In this document: in pieces, positions 61,213 to 64,000 of the stretch
How positions within the stretch are numbered: the first letter of the stretch is position 1
How the letters are laid out: the number at the start of each line of letters is the position of its first letter
Assembly: GCA_963716175.1 (NCBI GenBank)
Contig: OY970296.1
Span: 4,416,001 to 4,480,000 of the forward strand
DNA length: 64,000 nt
Reading direction: 5' to 3'
Source of the DNA: an uncultured Armatimonadetes bacterium
GTDB lineage: Bacteria > Armatimonadota > Hebobacteria > Hebobacterales > Hebobacteraceae
Notes under the pieces: model-generated
Told to the model about the DNA's origin: nothing
What the model saw: the letters and a program-made list of their open reading frames with translations, nothing else
The model's database searches: none
Made by a program: the position numbers and the translations under genes

Positions 61213-62337
61213 ATGCAGCCGACGAGTGTCTACAGCTCCAACTCGATCCGGCTCTCCTGGCGGGAGTGGGCGGTGGCGGCGCTGGTCTGTGTTGGTGTGC
61301 TCTGTCTGCTCCCAGCGCTGTGGCCAGCTACAGGAACAAACCTGTCCCGCCCGGATTACCGGCTGCCGGGGGAATTGAGCGAAGATTACTGGATGTTCGG
61401 GAGCTGGTCCAAGTACAGCCGCGCTAAGTACCAGGCCGTGGTGCTGGGAGATTCCGTGGTCTGGGGCCAGTATGTGAGGAGCGATGACACGCTGACACAC
61501 CACCTGAACGAGCTGGCCGGGCAGACCGCGTTCGCGAACCTGGGCGTGGATGGCCTGCACCCGGCCGCCATGGCAGGGATGATCGCCTACTACGGCAGGG
61601 AAGTTGAGAACGAGCCCGTCCTGCTCCATCTCAACCCACTGTGGATGAGCTCCTCGAAGCAGGACCTGCAAGCCCAAGGGGAAGCGCGCTTCAACCACCC
61701 GAAGCTGGTGCCGCAGCTCCTCCAGCGCCCCACCTCCTACCGCCCGACGCCGGCGGAGGTGATCGGCGCCGTCTTGCCGCGGCATGTACCCTTCCTCAAC
61801 TGGAAAGAGCACGTGAGGATCTCCTACCTGGAGGGAATGGGGCCGCAGGAATGGACCCTCGAGCATCCTTACAGCCTCTTTCCGGAGAGCCGCGGACCGG
61901 ACGCCTTCTCTGGCGATGAGCCCGGCAGCCAGCCACAGAGCTGGCGGGAGAAGGGACTTGCTCCCCAGAACCTACCCTGGGTGGAGGCCGCGCGGTCCTA
62001 CCAATGGCGGTCCTTCAAGAGAGCCGTCGCGCTGCTCAGATCGCGGGGCAACGACGTATTCGTGGTAGTCGGCCCGTTCAACAGCTATGCGCTGACCGGG
62101 GAGAGCCAGACGCGCTACCAGGCGTTGACATCGGCGATCGGGAAGTGGCTGGAGCAGGAGAAGGTCCCGTATTGCGCGCCACGTCTTCCCTCCACCGACA
62201 TGTACGCCGATGCCAGCCATCCCTTGGGAGGCGGATATCGCGAGCTAGCCAAGGAGCTGTTCCGCTCGCCAGCGTTCCGGGCGTGGATGAGGAGCTGGGC
62301 GGGCGCTGGCGACCGGCCTGCGCGCCGGAATAGATGA
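61213..62337 (+). CDS. SGNH-fold periplasmic acyltransferase partner (AlgJ/DltD-like)
   Basis: N-terminal TM, 'LGDSV', 'NLGVDG' and 'YADASH' (DxxH). Confidence 0.7.
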   Translation: MQPTSVYSSNSIRLSWREWAVAALVCVGVLCLLPALWPATGTNLSRPDYRLPGELSEDYWMFGSWSKYSRAKYQAVVLGDSVVWGQYVRSDDTLTHHLNELAGQTAFANLGVDGLHPAAMAGMIAYYGREVENEPVLLHLNPLWMSSSKQDLQAQGEARFNHPKLVPQLLQRPTSYRPTPAEVIGAVLPRHVPFLNWKEHVRISYLEGMGPQEWTLEHPYSLFPESRGPDAFSGDEPGSQPQSWREKGLAPQNLPWVEAARSYQWRSFKRAVALLRSRGNDVFVVVGPFNSYALTGESQTRYQALTSAIGKWLEQEKVPYCAPRLPSTDMYADASHPLGGGYRELAKELFRSPAFRAWMRSWAGAGDRPARRNR

Positions 62338-62369
62338 CGAGAGGAGAAGCGGAAGCCGTGACCATCGCC

Positions 62370-64000
62370 ATGAATCGCAGGAAACACGCATGGACGGTCG
62401 TCTCGATCGCACTGCTGCTGGCAGGCGCCGCGGCGGTATGGGCCCAGCATGAGAGCATAGATGACGCCACGCGGGTGCCGCCTGGACTCCGCGCGCCGGC
62501 TGCGGTTCGCCTGTGGGACACCGTGACTCCCCTTCACGGGCAGGCTGACGTGAGGCACAGAAGCAAGTGGCGGCCGCTCGGGGCTGGCGCGCAGGGCCGC
62601 CTCCGCGGCGATCTCGTGATGGAGACAGATGCGCTGGCCGCGGCCTTCGCCTCCCGGCTCGGGAAGGTGCTGGTGTACGCGCCGGCGCGGCCGGCAGAGA
62701 CCAGAGCCACAGTCGTTCCCAGTGGATTCCGCGGCAAGGGGGCCGCTCTCGCCAGCACCAAGATCACCGCATCGAAGGCCGGCGCGGCGATGGTGCAAGC
62801 TGATTTTCGCGCACCGGGCGGGAAAGACCTCCCCATCGCGTTCTCGTTCGTCGGCAACCGCATTCTCACCATCACAGCAGAGGGAAGCACGCGCGGCATC
62901 AGCCTCCTCGCCCCGATCGAGGTGGCCCTCGTGCCCAGCTTCGTCGGAGACGACCTCATCTACGATCTCCGCGACTACCCCTCGGCCAAAACCATCTCCC
63001 CGCCCTCAGAGCACCTCCTCCTCGGTCTCCTTGGGGGCGAGAGCAGCATGCTGGTCATGACCTGGCAGGACGACGCCCCTTCGGTTCGGCTAGCGCTGGG
63101 CAAGTCCAGCCCCAGGAGCGCGAGCATCAGAGCGCTTGACGTAGTGGGCGCGCGCAGCCTGTCGCTGGCCGTGCTGGACGCTCCGGGCATCTGGCACCGG
63201 GAGAAGCTGAAGCCCTCCTTCCTGGAGCGCAACACTGCCATCCTCTGGAAGCCGCCGTTCCCGGCGCTGTGGCTGACGCAGCTCTACGAGGACGAGGTCA
63301 AGACGACCTACGAGTTCAGAGACGCGAAAGAGGAGACGTGGCGGGGTGGAGTAGGTGATTACACCTATCCCGCCTGGTTTTCGCGGGGAAAGACCATGCT
63401 CTCCCTGGGCAAGAAGATCCCGCCTGAAGGCGAAGCGATCATCTACTTCCTGGAGAGAAGCGAGGGCACGCCCCAGCAGGTGCTGGCCCCGATAGATGTG
63501 GTGAGGCGCACGTTGGCAGGTCCGGCATTGGCCAGCGTGCTGGAGGAGGGAGAGAGGCCAACCCGACCAGTCCAGCGGGCCGACGCGGTGATCGGCGGAG
63601 CAACTTGCCACGTCACCGATGTGTTCAAGGAGGTCTTCGACGAGGGCCGAGAGGTGGAGAAGAAGGAGTACATCAAGAGCGGCGTGGAGGATATGCTCTT
63701 CTACCTCGACGTGATGTTCGAGCGCGACGCGCGGTACTATCCCTTCGGCCAGGACATGATCAAGTTCCTGGACGCCCAGGGGAGGCGGCGGCCGGACCTG
63801 GCCCCGTTCATCCACGAAATGCGAACGATTACGGCGGAGATCGTGACCACCTACGACAACGCACGCGATACCATCAGGAATATGGACTACGCGCGCGAGC
63901 TGGCGCAGAAAACCGAGGCCCTCGCGGCCGAGAGAAGGCCGGACAACCCCCAGCGGATGGTCGAGCTGAAGCAGGACTGGACCAGCATGGGGGGCGCGCT
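62370..64000 (+). CDS. Exported hypothetical protein, 3'-truncated by the window end
   Basis: Signal peptide MNRRKHAWTVVSIALLLAGAAAVWA. The frame appears open to the end; it is absent from the ORF track because it has no stop. Confidence 0.65.
   Translation, partial: MNRRKHAWTVVSIALLLAGAAAVWAQHESIDDATRVPPGLRAPAAVRLWDTVTPLHGQADVRHRSKWRPLGAGAQGRLRGDLVMETDALAAAFASRLGKVLVYAPARPAETRATVVPSGFRGKGAALASTKITASKAGAAMVQADFRAPGGKDLPIAFSFVGNRILTITAEGSTRGISLLAPIEVALVPSFVGDDLIYDLRDYPSAKTISPPSEHLLLGLLGGESSMLVMTWQDDAPSVRLALGKSSPRSASIRALDVVGARSLSLAVLDAPGIWHREKLKPSFLERNTAILWKPPFPALWLTQLYEDEVKTTYEFRDAKEETWRGGVGDYTYPAWFSRGKTMLSLGKKIPPEGEAIIYFLERSEGTPQQVLAPIDVVRRTLAGPALASVLEEGERPTRPVQRADAVIGGATCHVTDVFKEVFDEGREVEKKEYIKSGVEDMLFYLDVMFERDARYYPFGQDMIKFLDAQGRRRPDLAPFIHEMRTITAEIVTTYDNARDTIRNMDYARELAQKTEALAAERRPDNPQRMVELKQDWTSMGGA

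Overview
High-GC bacterial chromosomal segment, probably Armatimonadota (inferred from two DUF6785-type membrane paralogs and dense carbohydrate-active enzymes). Most of it is glycan catabolism: GH29, GH5/42-like, GH123-like, GH129-like and two heparinase II/III-like lyases. It also holds an RND efflux operon with MarR, a complete kdp cluster with split KdpD, three GNATs and an MBOAT/SGNH acylation pair. The most unusual part is a type II-C CRISPR-Cas9 locus at 26.2-30.2 kb. It has a readable tracrRNA and a ~1060-aa cas9 with all catalytic motifs, but cas9 carries one +1 frameshift and one in-frame TAG. There is no cas1, cas2 or leader, and the cas9 stop codon abuts repeat 1. A 5-spacer array then turns into three tandem 115-bp units, each a degenerate repeat plus an identical 84-bp hairpin-containing segment. 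Next comes a promoter bracketed by a 13-bp inverted repeat and an attenuator-like leader for a GNAT gene. Many genes carry single-base indels that look like long-read errors, so frameshift-based pseudogene calls are weak.
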